Shown: positions 12,948-22,350, numbered from the whole stretch's first letter. The stretch: 30,057 nucleotides of DNA, filler included, from an uncultured bacterium (GCA_964637655.1; 17 parts of 17 records of this genome joined end to end with filler, not necessarily neighbours in it); one strand, 5' to 3'. Translations and numbers: made by a program. The notes: generated by a model not told the origin, from the letters alone.

Positions 12948-13459
12948 TCGCGGGTCTGCGCGCCGTCAATGAGCGTGATGCTGTCCCCGGCCAGCCAGCG
13001 CCCGATAACCGACTCGGTATCGTTGGGCCCGAAGACATTGGACAGGCGCACAATATACGTCGGCACCCATTGGCGGTAGAACCGCACGTAATATTCCGCG
13101 CATTTCTTGCTGATGGCGTAATGACTGGCCTCGGTCTCGACCGAAACCGACGACACGTGGAAATACGGCCTGGCCTGCGCGCGACAATGGGTCAGCAGGT
13201 TGAGCGTGCCGACGATATTGACCTCGGCGTCGGGGAGCGGTTCGCGCATGGAGGTGCGGATGTCACGGCAGGCGAAATTGAGCACCGCGTCACAGTCGCG
13301 CACCAGTTCACCCAGGTGCGGCGAGCAGATATCCGCGACGACGGTATCCGGCAGCACGACCTTGTTGAACGAACGGTTGTCGAGCGGTATGCAGCCGGGC
13401 GTGGCCGCAACGAAATTCGACCCGACAAAGCCCTCGCCCCCCGGGATCAGCAGTCGCAT
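12948..13459 (-). CDS. NAD-dependent epimerase/dehydratase (extended SDR), 3'-truncated
   Basis: GGEGFVG Rossmann motif, YAISK (YxxxK), RLSNVFGP. Confidence 0.85.
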
Positions 13460-13473
13460 GGCTCTCCTCCTCT

Positions 13474-14654
13474 TCAGCCCACGCCGGCGACAGCCAGCAG
13501 CCCCTGCACTTCGCGCCGGATATCACCCGGCGTGCGAATCGCGCGCAGGCGGCGCAGCAGGTAGCGCGGCCGGCCGTAAAAACGGCGATAGGCGGTGCGG
13601 TAGAAACGCGCCACCGCTTCGTTCGACACCGTCGGCAGATTCATCAGCGGCCGGGCCAGGTCGTACGCGTCCCAGTTTTCTGTCAGCAGATAACCTTGTT
13701 CCTTCGCCCAACGATGCAGCGCCGTGCCCGGCAGCGGGGTGGCGATATTGAACAGCACCAGGTCGGGTTCCTCGTCGAGACAGAATTGCAGGTTCTGTTC
13801 CATGGTGGCGGCTGTTTCACCCGGATTGCCAAGCATGAACATGACGCGCGCGGTCAGGCCGGCGGCCTTGGTCTGGCGGATGGCCGCGCGCATGGTCGCG
13901 ACCGGCATGGGCTTGTTGATGGCCGCGAGGATGCCGGGGTCGACGGATTCGAGCCCGTAGCCCACCTGATGGCAGCCGGCGCGGCGCATGAGTGCGAGCA
14001 GCTCGGCGTCGACACAATCGGCGCGCGACATGCAGCTCCAGCTCACGCGCACGTTGCGCTTGAGCAGCAGTTCGCACAGTTCGCGCACCGTGGCGGGCGG
14101 CACGGTAAAGGTATCGTCGTAGAAGCTTATCTCGCGGATGCCATAGTCGCGCCTGAGTCGCCCGATATCGTCGGCGATGCGCCCGGCGGAAAAACGCCGC
14201 ACCCTGCTGCCGAACACGCCGGTATAGCAGAACGTGCAGCGGCCGGGGCAGCCGCGCGTGGTTACCATGCTCAGCGCGGGCAGTTGTTTCCAGTTGCCCG
14301 TGGACGGGCGGTACAGCCCGGGCCGCAGCAGGTCGTAGGCCGGGGCAGGCAGGTCATCGAGCTCCGGGATAAGCGCCCGCGACGGCGTGCGCACCGTCAC
14401 GCTCCCGTCGCGGAAGGCCAGCCCGGCAACCGCGGCGGGCGGGCGCCCGTCGGCCAGTTCGTTCAGCGTCTCTTCCCCTTCGCCCAGCACGGCTACATCG
14501 TAGCCGGCGATAAGCAGGTCGTCCGGCAGTACCGAGGGATGCGCACCACCGGCCACCAGCCGCGCGTGCGGCGCCGCCGCGCGCAGCCGCGGCAGCAGCG
14601 CCACTGCCGCCGCATGCTGTACCGTGGTGACCGTGACCCCGACGAGGTCCGGAG
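13474..14654 (-). CDS. B12-binding domain radical SAM protein, 5'-truncated
   Basis: GGAHPS, GEGE, TRGCPGRCTFC (CxxxCxxC), FYDDTF, GLES. Confidence 0.92.
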
Positions 14655-14754
14655 NNNNNNNNNNNNNNNNNNNNNNNNNNNNNNNNNNNNNNNNNNNNTT
14701 AATTAATTAANNNNNNNNNNNNNNNNNNNNNNNNNNNNNNNNNNNNNNNNNNNN

Positions 14755-15532
14755 TGCGCAGGCGCGGTTTTTCCCGCGCGGCGGCGAGCGCGGCCTGCTC
14801 GTCGGCGGAGACGATGTTGAGCGGGATGAGAAAAGCGAATTCAGTTCCTTTTCCCGGGCTGCTGTCGACGCTGATCTCGCCGCCGTGCGCGTCGATGATG
14901 CGCTTGACGATGGCCAGTCCGAGCCCCGTTCCCTCGCGCTCCTCCTGCCGCGCGTTGGGGGCGCGGAAAAACTCGGTGAAGAGCTGCGGGATGTGTTCGG
15001 GGGGGATGCCGATGCCGGTATCACGGATGTGCCCTTCGAGGACACGGCGGTGCGGATGGTAGGTGAGGAAGGCGTGGACACTGCCGCCGCTGGGCGTGTA
15101 CTTCACCGCGTTTTCGAGCAGGTTGAACAGCACGTGGCGCAGGGTGCCGGCCCGCGCCCAGACGACGGGGAGGCGGCCGGGAATCTCGAGGGTGAACTGC
15201 ACCCCGCGGCCCCGGGCCTTCATCTCCACCGCTTCGCGCACGGCTGATTCCAGCGCTTCGAGGTCGGTCGGTTCGTATTCCGGTTCCTGCTCGGCGTCGG
15301 AGAGGCGCGCCAGTTCCAGCATCTCGCTGACCGTGTTGAGCAGGTCGCGGGTCTTGCGCTCCGCCCCCGTGAGCATCTGCCGCACCTGCGCAGGCACCCC
15401 CTCGGTGTAGCCGCCGAGGATGGCGGACAGCTGCGTCTGGATGGTCGCCAGCGGCGAGCGGAGCTGATGCGCGCCGACGCGCAGAAACTGCCACTTTTCG
15501 CGGAGGAAATCGGCGTCGCGGCGGTCGGTCAT
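14755..15532 (-). CDS. Histidine kinase (HisKA + HATPase) with no N-terminal sensor; runs off the contig
   Basis: AHQLRSPL H-box at about residue 22, NLLENAVKYT, DTGIGI, GTGLGL, GKGTEF. Confidence 0.88.
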
Positions 15533-15675
15533 GGTCAGCGGCCTCCGGTGCCGGCGCGGCGGCGCTGCAGAAGTAAAATCATGCGCCGGCCCCCGTGCGT
15601 GGGGACGCCGACGCGCAGAAACTGCCACTTTTCGCGGAGGAAATCGGCGTCGCGGCGGTCGGCCATGGTCAGCGG
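15472..15675. repeat. 70-bp direct repeat (15472-15541 and 15606-15675, one mismatch), period 134 bp
   Basis: CGCCGACGCGCAGAAACTGCCACTTTTCGCGGAGGAAATCGGCGTCGCGGCGGTCGG[T/C]CATGGTCAGCGG occurs twice. Confidence 0.95.
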
Positions 15676-16388
15676 GCCCCGGCCGCAGCGAGGCGGTCAT
15701 GCAGCTGCCGCCACTCCTCGTCCTCGGGGTCGAGGGCGAGGGCGCGGTCGAGGGCGGCGCGCGCCCCGGCCCGGTCGCCGGCGGCCAGTTTCGTCTTTGC
15801 CAGCGTCCCCCAGTACTCGTCGTCGGTCGCGCGCAGCGCGGCGATGGTGTCGGGCACGGCGGTGACAGCGGTGGTACCGGTGGCGGGTGCGGCGACAACC
15901 TGCGCCAGTGCGGTCGTGTCGCCGTCGCCTTCGAGGTAGAGATCAAGCCACGAGGCGCTGGCGGGATTGAGCTGCAGCGCACGCAGCAGCACGGGGCGCG
16001 CCTCGTCCGCACGGCCGAGGGCGAGCAGCACCCGCCCGTAGGCGCCCTGCGCGGCATCATCCTGCGGCGCGGCCTGCGCGGCGGCCTGCAGCTGCGCCAG
16101 CACCGGGGCGAAGTCACCGTCCAGTTCGCGCAGGCGCAGCAGCCATTCGTGATCGCTGGGATCGAGGAGGAGCGCCTCGCCGTAGAGGCGCCGGGCATCG
16201 TCGAGCCGCCCGGCGGTGCGGCAGGCGGCGGCATAGGCGCCGACGATTTCGTCGTCCTGCGGCGCGGCGCGGTAGGCAGCCGCGCGGGCCGCCAGTTCCG
16301 GTGTTTCCGCCACGGGGGGCGGGTCCCCCCCGCAGGAACAGCCGCCCAGCAGGGCGAGTGCAGCAGCCAGCAGCATCAGGATGCGCAT
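15669..16388 (-). CDS. TPR-repeat lipoprotein
   Basis: Signal peptide with lipobox LGGC; TPR-like helices (ALLLDPSD, ALQLNP, ALALDPED); GGAGG RBS. Confidence 0.75.
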   Translation of the reverse strand: MRILMLLAAALALLGGCSCGGDPPPVAETPELAARAAAYRAAPQDDEIVGAYAAACRTAGRLDDARRLYGEALLLDPSDHEWLLRLRELDGDFAPVLAQLQAAAQAAPQDDAAQGAYGRVLLALGRADEARPVLLRALQLNPASASWLDLYLEGDGDTTALAQVVAAPATGTTAVTAVPDTIAALRATDDEYWGTLAKTKLAAGDRAGARAALDRALALDPEDEEWRQLHDRLAAAGAR

Positions 16389-16553
16389 GCGTGTCCTCCC
16401 CTGCGGGTGTACCATAGGGCGGGGGGCGGGGNNNNNNNNNNNNNNNNNNNNNNNNNNNNNNNNNNNNNNNNNNNNTTAATTAATTAANNNNNNNNNNNNN
16501 NNNNNNNNNNNNNNNNNNNNNNNNNNNNNNNTGTTCAGCATGCACGAACCATT

Positions 16554-16584
16554 CGGCATAATCCGGAGTTCGGCATTATGCCGC
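16554..16584 (-). mobile_element. Terminal inverted repeat of an inserted RIT-like element (end A)
   Basis: GCGGCATAATGCCGAACTCCGGATTATGCCG interrupts the integrase; 16556-16584 is the exact reverse complement of 21671-21699. Confidence 0.7.
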
Positions 16585-17432
16585 AGGTCATGCCAATGCA
16601 GGTCTTTGATACCTGCCTTTCGCTTTGCGACCTGCAAGGCTTTCCACATCCCCCGTTGCTTGATAATAGTTCCCGCTCGGTTGCGAAACAGATAACCACC
16701 TCCGGCAAGATTGTCCTTGTGCCGGGCGATAATGTCGGCCACCACTGGCACAATCGGGATAGCCAGCGGCTTATTGGTTTTTTGCTGCTGGATGACCAGC
16801 GTTCCCTGCTCGTAGTTGATGTGCTGTTCGGTAACGCGGGCCGCGTCTCCGAAGCGTAATCCTGTTAGCAGGCAGAAGTCGAAAAAATCGCGCAGGAAGT
16901 CTGGCAGAGCTTCGCGCAGCCGGACGATTTCCTCGTCCGATAGCACGCGTTCTCGGTGGTTAGTCGTCAGGTGCAGCCGGTGGAAGTCTATGGTCGTCGG
17001 CTCGACGTAGTTCTGTTGCGCCGCCACCCTCAAAATGTGGCGTAGGGCATCTATCTCAATGTTAACCGTTTTGTTCGCGCGCTGTTCCTTAAGCCGCCGC
17101 GCGATATAGCGCTTAATCAAATGCGTACCACTGATAAATGCTGACAGGCTTTCGCCGCCGAGGTACTTGGTCAGTGGCTTGACATTAATCTTGTCTCGCG
17201 AGTTTGTCGAGTATTCCCGCAAGTACGTCTGAATGAACCGTTCGAGGGTCATGTCGCGTCGCTGCTTCAGCTCCGCTTGTTGCTCGGTTCCGGCTACCAT
17301 TTCGTTGTACTTCCGCGTTGCCCAGGCGCGCGCAGCCTGGGACGAGATGAACCGCCGCTTGCGCCGAAGATAATTGAAACACACTATGGCCTCGAATGTC
17401 TCACGACCTACTTGCGTGATAACTATCCCCAT
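16584..17432 (-). pseudogene. Tyrosine integrase, N-terminal 283 codons, interrupted at the HDL|RH motif
   Basis: RERVLS, TGLRFGDA (catalytic R), QKT, DLHWHDLRH, then non-integrase sequence; AGGAGG RBS before ATG 17432; lower GC than host genes. Confidence 0.88.
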
Positions 17433-17576
17433 GCCCGTCCTCCTAATATCAACAGGCATATCTGACTGTTTTGGAAGGAATATTTTGCTTGCAGCAATGC
17501 GGCGTAAAACGCCTATTATTGAATAACATTTCCTAAAGAGGCATTCATGCTCCCTATTTATAGGAGGTGCCGGGTT

Positions 17577-17912
17577 ATGCAGAACCAGCTCATGAACGCC
17601 GCGGTCGCGGCGTCCCTGCCGCCCCTCTACTCGCAGGAGGCGAAGGGCGATGCGGCGCTCGCGATGGTGAAATACTTCTGCCTGTCATCCAACTGGACCT
17701 GGTACGCGACCGAATACGACCCGGTAGAGAAGACCTTTTTCGGGCTCGTCCACGGTTTCGAGGTCGAGCTGGGCTATTTCACGCTTGCGGAATTCGAGGA
17801 ACTGAACGCTTCGTCAGTATTTCCGGTCATCGAGCGGGACCTGTATTGGGTGCCGAAGAGCCTTGCAGACATAAGGCGGGAGATTGAGGCACAGGGTGGC
17901 GGCCGTCGGTGA
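17577..17912 (+). CDS. DUF2958-like protein (mobile-element associated)
   Basis: KYF...WTWYATE.D....FFGLVHGFEVELGYFTLAE...IERDLYW pattern; AGGAGGT RBS. Confidence 0.8.
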   Translation: MQNQLMNAAVAASLPPLYSQEAKGDAALAMVKYFCLSSNWTWYATEYDPVEKTFFGLVHGFEVELGYFTLAEFEELNASSVFPVIERDLYWVPKSLADIRREIEAQGGGRR

Positions 17913-18207
17913 AACGGATATTCGCCATCGGCGATACCCATCGCCTGATGATTATCCCGCCCGAGGGCTACGACCTGACCATCCATTTGGGCGATTATGT
18001 GGACTACTTCGACGTCGGATTGAATGACGAGAAGCTCGAACTATATAGGCGTCGCTTCGCCGAGATTCGACAGGCATACACGCATTACGTCATTGGGAAT
18101 CACGAGAAAATGTTCCTGAATCGGTACGGGCCGAATATTCTGGACGAGGAACTGCCGGAGTCGTTGACCATCCCTGTTGAGGGTATCAAGCTGCGGGCGA
18201 GCCATTA
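17909..18207 (+). CDS. Calcineurin-like metallophosphoesterase, N-terminal fragment
   Basis: IGDTH, HLGDYVD, GNHE motifs. Confidence 0.85.
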
Positions 18208-18307
18208 NNNNNNNNNNNNNNNNNNNNNNNNNNNNNNNNNNNNNNNNNNNNTTAATTAATTAANNNNNNNNNNNNNNNNNNNNNNNNNNNNNNNNNNNNN
18301 NNNNNNN

Positions 18308-18867
18308 CCGCCATCGTCGGCGCCTTTACCACCGATGCGCCTGACTTTATTTTTCCCGAACCGGCGCTGGGGGTGGCGCATACCGTCTTCTATGTCCGCG
18401 CGGACAACCCGTGGCGTTTTCGCGGGCTCGACTCGCTGGCCCGCATGAAACTCGGGGCAACGCAGGACTACAGCTACGGGGAACTCCTCGACGGGTACAT
18501 CCGCGCGCATGCCGGTGATACGGAGCGGCTCGAACTGCTCCGCGGCGATGACGTCACGGAGCGCAACCTGCGCAAACTGGCGCTTGGGCGTGTCGATGCG
18601 GTGGTCGATGTGCGCGAGGTGCTCGCATACAATGCCGTGTGCGCCGGACTGGCGGGTCGTTTTGCCGAGGCGGGCACCGTCTCCACTGACCGGGTCTACA
18701 TCGCGTTTTCACCCGCGCGCGCGGCGTCGGTCACGTCGAACTCGAACGGACGGTTGCNNNNNNNNNNGGCGCAGGCCCGGCTGCTGGCGCCGGGTGTGGC
18801 GCGCCTGCGCCGCAGCGGCGAACTGCAGCGCCTGCTCGATCGCTACGGGTTGCGTGACTGGCAATGA
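18308..18867 (+). CDS. Periplasmic substrate-binding protein (family 3-like), 5'-truncated, with internal gap
   Basis: LGATQDYSYG, KLALGRVDAVV, YIAFS, LRRSGELQRLLDRYG. Confidence 0.8.
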
Positions 18868-19946
18868 GGCCAGCGCCCGTTTTGCTGGTGCAGCGCCTGC
18901 TGCGTGGCCGGCGGCGCGCCCTGCTGGTGCTGGTTTTTCTCGCGATGGCTTTTGCCCTGTTCGCTGTGTCCTATGAGCGGGAGCGGGCGGGGCAGCGGCA
19001 GGCGGCGGCGGCGCGGCATGCGCGTGAACTGGGCGCGGCGTTGTGGAACTTCGATCAGGGTACGGCCGGCGATTATCTCGGGGTCGCCGCCGAACTGGAA
19101 AACTACGAACGGGTTGATGTCCGTGACAGCAGCGGGGAAGCATTCATTACCGTGGCCGGCCCGGCGGAGGGGCCACTCGACCGCGCGCTGCATCTGCTCG
19201 GCCTTATCCCCGTGCGCGAGGTGGCGCATCCGGTCACCTACCGCGGTCAGGTCATCGGCGAATTCCGCGCGCGGGCGCGCGACCGGGCGGTCTATACCTA
19301 TGCCTACCTGCTCGCGCTGCTGCTCTTCATGCAGCTGGCGCTGACGTCATACCTGCGCACGCTCGGCATCAAGCGCGACCTCGAGGAATATGTGCTGGCG
19401 CAAACTGCCGACCTGCTGCGACTCAACGAGGAGTTGCGGCAGAAAAACGAGGAACTGAAGGTGCTTGACGAACTCAAGACCAACCTGCTGGCCAATGTCT
19501 CGCACGAACTGCGCACGCCGCTGGTCGCGGTGCGCGGCTACACCGAACTGATTGTCGACGGACAGTCGGGGCCGGTTACGGACCGGCAGCGGCAGCAGTT
19601 GCAGACGTCGCTGCGCAGTATCGACCGTCTCACCCGTCTCATCGACGACCTGCTGCAGTATTCGCTGATGGAACGCGGGAGCATGACCTTCCGCATGCAG
19701 GCGTGTGAATTCGGGCGGGTGGCGCGTGAGACGGCGGAGCAGGCACGGCACCTCATGGAGCACCGGCACCTGCAACTGGTGACGGCTATCCCGCCGGCGC
19801 CGCTGCCGGTCACCGGCGACCCGGCACGGCTGGCGCAGGTGATCGCCAATCTGCTCGACAACGCGGCGAAGTTCACCCCGGCCGGCGGGACGGTGACGCT
19901 GACGCTGACGGCGGAACCCGCGCAGGTGCGGCTGACGGTCAGTGAT
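18864..19946 (+). CDS. Membrane sensor histidine kinase, 3'-truncated
   Basis: Two TM segments, SHELRTPL H-box, QVIANLLDNAAKFT N-box; similarity ends at TVSD. Confidence 0.9.
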
Positions 19947-20079
19947 AAAATGCATCCCAGGCATTTTCGGTCTTCCATTNNNNNNNNNNNNNNNNNNNNN
20001 NNNNNNNNNNNNNNNNNNNNNNNTTAATTAATTAANNNNNNNNNNNNNNNNNNNNNNNNNNNNNNNNNNNNNNNNNNNN

Positions 20080-20459
20080 CCGATGATGACCAGCGCCAGC
20101 ACGCGCATGATGAAACGCCCGCGCCGCAGCCCGCCCCGCAGCAGGAACGGGGGCGGGAAGGGGTAGAGGTAGAAGGTCAGGCCGATGTCGAGCGCCACCA
20201 GCGCGGTGATCTGCGGGCGGAACGACGGGAGCAGGAAGAGCGCGATGAGGTAGATGGCCAGCCCGCAGTAGAGCATCAGTTGCGCGAAGAAATAGTGACG
20301 CCGCGAAAAAACCGCGAAGCGCAGCAGTTCGGTGCGGTGTTCGTCGCAGCAGTAGGGAATTCCCTTGCGCGGCCAGACCCCGCTGCCGTCCCACGGCAGT
20401 GCGCCGCCATCGCCGACCGGCCCGTTGCACCAGGCGCAGCGCAGCGTCCCGTCGCTCAC
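20080..20459 (-). CDS. Hypothetical membrane protein with N-terminal Cys cluster (CxxC...YCC), 3'-truncated
   Basis: CAWC and YCCDEH followed by hydrophobic helices; overlaps the upstream stop codon. Confidence 0.55.
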
Positions 20460-20917
20460 GGCTGCGCCGCCAGCGACGCGGCCGGGCGCGCTTCGTTCCG
20501 GCCCGGGTGCATGATGCGATCATCGCCGGTGTCGAAGGCGCCGTCCGGGCCCGCGCTCTGCACGGTGAACCAGAGCGGGGCGAAGCTGACCGCGTAGGGT
20601 GTGCCCCACGGGTCGATCCGCACATCATCAGCGGTGCCGTGCTGCTGCTGCGCGGCCGCCGCGAACTCCTCCGCCGAAACGGGAAACCGCTGCTGCAGGT
20701 CGAAGTGCCGGTTGAACCACTTCGAGTAGAGGAACATCTGCTCCCGGTACCGCGATTCCGCCTTCAGGTTGGCCGGCAGGTAGAACGACAGCGTACGCCC
20801 CTCCTGCGCCGCGAGGCCGAGCGCGACGATGGTCAGGGTCCCGAGAATAAGGACAAGGCGGTAGCGCGTCCGCCATGACGGTTGGGCGTTTTCGCTCATC
20901 TTCTTCACCAGCGGCAT
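20456..20917 (-). CDS. Pseudopilin GspG-like (T2SSG C-terminal motif) protein
   Basis: N-terminal TM helix; DPWGTPY and SAGPDGAFDTGDD motifs. Confidence 0.65.
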   Translation of the reverse strand: MPLVKKMSENAQPSWRTRYRLVLILGTLTIVALGLAAQEGRTLSFYLPANLKAESRYREQMFLYSKWFNRHFDLQQRFPVSAEEFAAAAQQQHGTADDVRIDPWGTPYAVSFAPLWFTVQSAGPDGAFDTGDDRIMHPGRNEARPAASLAAQP

Positions 20918-20983
20918 CTTATATCAGCAATTCCGGCCTGTCAACATTTTTCTGCATATTGTGAAACAAAACTGACGCCGATA

Positions 20984-20992
20984 TGGTATAAT
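20984..20992 (+). promoter_or_regulatory. Extended -10 promoter element (TGGTATAAT) for ssrA
   Basis: TGnTATAAT in an AT-rich intergenic region about 45 nt before the mature tmRNA 5' end. Confidence 0.6.
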
Positions 20993-21035
20993 ATAACAGC
21001 AGGCGGCAGTCGTGCCGCCACGTTCTTAGACAAGT

Positions 21036-21385
21036 GGGGGCGTTACTGGGATTCGACGGGTGTCAGGAGGTTGCGGGTCGCGTGTCGAGTTCGCCGCGGG
21101 TCTCGTAAAAAAGCGGCAACCTAGTTACTCGCCAACGACGAATTGGCTCTGGCGGCTTAACGCCGCCACCGTGCCCGGAGGTCTGGTCATGACCAATGGG
21201 GAACACGGCCGCAACATGACCCGGTCGCAAGGGTTCGCCTGATACCTGAGCGGCTGTACTAAATCGGGCTCGGTCGGGCGGTGTCGCCACGGACGCCGAA
21301 CGATCTAAACTAAACGTGGATACACACGTAGTGACCGCCGCTGAATGCATTCCGGACAGGGGTTCGACTCCCCTCGCCTCCACCA
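21036..21385 (+). ncRNA. ssrA: tmRNA, one-piece, 350 nt; tag peptide (A)ANDELALAA at 21131-21160
   Basis: 5' GGGGGCG...GATTCGAC; 3' T-arm GGTTCGACTCC and CGCCTCCACCA; acceptor stem with G3-U wobble; tag frame ending ALAA-TAA. Confidence 0.97.
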
Positions 21386-21649
21386 CTTCTTTTCTCTCTC
21401 ACTCCGTCGGTAATTGCCTGTTTTTGCTATCGTTTCTGTTGGTCCGTTTGAGGCCCGAAATGGCTCATTGCCGCTGGAGAATGCCCCACCGGTGCCCCAT
21501 TTTCCACCGCATTTTTCGAGCAACTGCCGCTTATGTTCCAGGGAAACATTGACGTAAAGAGCCGCAACCTTGGGCGTGTCCCCGAGCAGTGACGCAAGCA
21601 CATCCCGGGGGGCGCCGGCCTGAACCAGACGCGTCGCAAAGGTGTGACG
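21305..21649 (-). pseudogene. Tyrosine integrase C-terminal fragment (RHTFATRL...LLGDT...Y), reading into the tmRNA 3' end
   Basis: RHTFATRLVQAGA...LLG...ALYV box II with candidate catalytic Tyr; adjacent to and convergent on ssrA. Confidence 0.85.
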
Positions 21650-21650
21650 A

Positions 21651-21699
21651 TTATGCCGCATTCGGCATAAGCGGCATAATGCCGAACTCCGGATTATGC
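21651..21699 (+). mobile_element. Terminal inverted repeat plus interrupted palindrome of an inserted RIT-like element (end B)
   Basis: TTATGCCG-CATT-CGGCATAA (21651-21670) followed by a 29-bp IR (21671-21699) matching 16556-16584. Confidence 0.7.
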
Positions 21700-21831
21700 N
21701 NNNNNNNNNNNNNNNNNNNNNNNNNNNNNNNNNNNNNNNNNNNTTAATTAATTAANNNNNNNNNNNNNNNNNNNNNNNNNNNNNNNNNNNNNNNNNNNNG
21801 CCATGCCGGCGATCATCGGTCCGCCTACCTG

Positions 21832-21906
21832 GCCGATGACGAGGATCATCAGGCTGATGACGGTGGCCAGAACCGGGCGGCGGATGAAGATGTCGGTAAA
21901 ATGCAT
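21832..21906 (-). CDS. RND efflux permease (AcrB/MexW-like), first 25 codons only
   Basis: Manual translation MHFTDIFIRRPVLATVISLMILVIG; follows an RND adaptor. Confidence 0.8.
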
Positions 21907-21920
21907 GGCGGGTCTTTGGG

Positions 21921-22350
21921 TTATTTATCTTCCGGTTTCGGATTTGGGTCGTCTTTGGGCAGGATTTCGTTAGTCACGATGATCGGCGTGCCGTTGCGCA
22001 GTTTAAGCTGTCCCGATGTCACGACCTCGTCGCCTTCCTTGATGCCTTTAATGACCGCGATTTGGTCGCCGCGCATCTTGCCGGTTTCAACGAACGATTG
22101 AACCGCGATCAGCTTTCCGTCCTTGTCCTTCGCGACGACATAGACCGTATTGCCATAGGGGTTGAACGTAATGGCCGTCTGCGGCAACGTCAGCTGCTTT
22201 TGCGGCGCGCCCACGACGCTGACGATATGCGCGAACATGCCCGGCAGAAGTTTGTGTTCCGGATTTTTAAATATGGCGCGAACCTGAATATTGCGGGTCG
22301 ATTCCTCGACCTTTGAATTGATGGACTGAATTTCGCCTTCAAAAGTCGCG
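21921..22350 (-). CDS. RND periplasmic adaptor (MFP) C-terminal fragment, joined in frame to a GT9 fragment
   Basis: STRNIQVRA..NPEHKLLPGMFA, LPQTAITFNPYG, GDEVVTSGQLKL. Confidence 0.85.

Noticed and set aside
14699-16234. 511-aa ORF taken as the full-length kinase
   Set aside because: Its N-terminal half overlaps the TPR lipoprotein in another frame and is low-complexity; the real start is more likely ATG 15532
21002-21019. 7-bp hairpin GGCGGCA-GTCG-TGCCGCC upstream of tmRNA
   Set aside because: Probably an ordinary pre-tmRNA leader structure; no U-tract or other support for a separate element
21340-21385. tRNA-Ala gene
   Set aside because: The T-arm and CCA belong to the tRNA-like domain of tmRNA; there is no anticodon arm
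21063-21386. ORF MVEARGVEPLS...
   Set aside because: Antisense translation of the tmRNA
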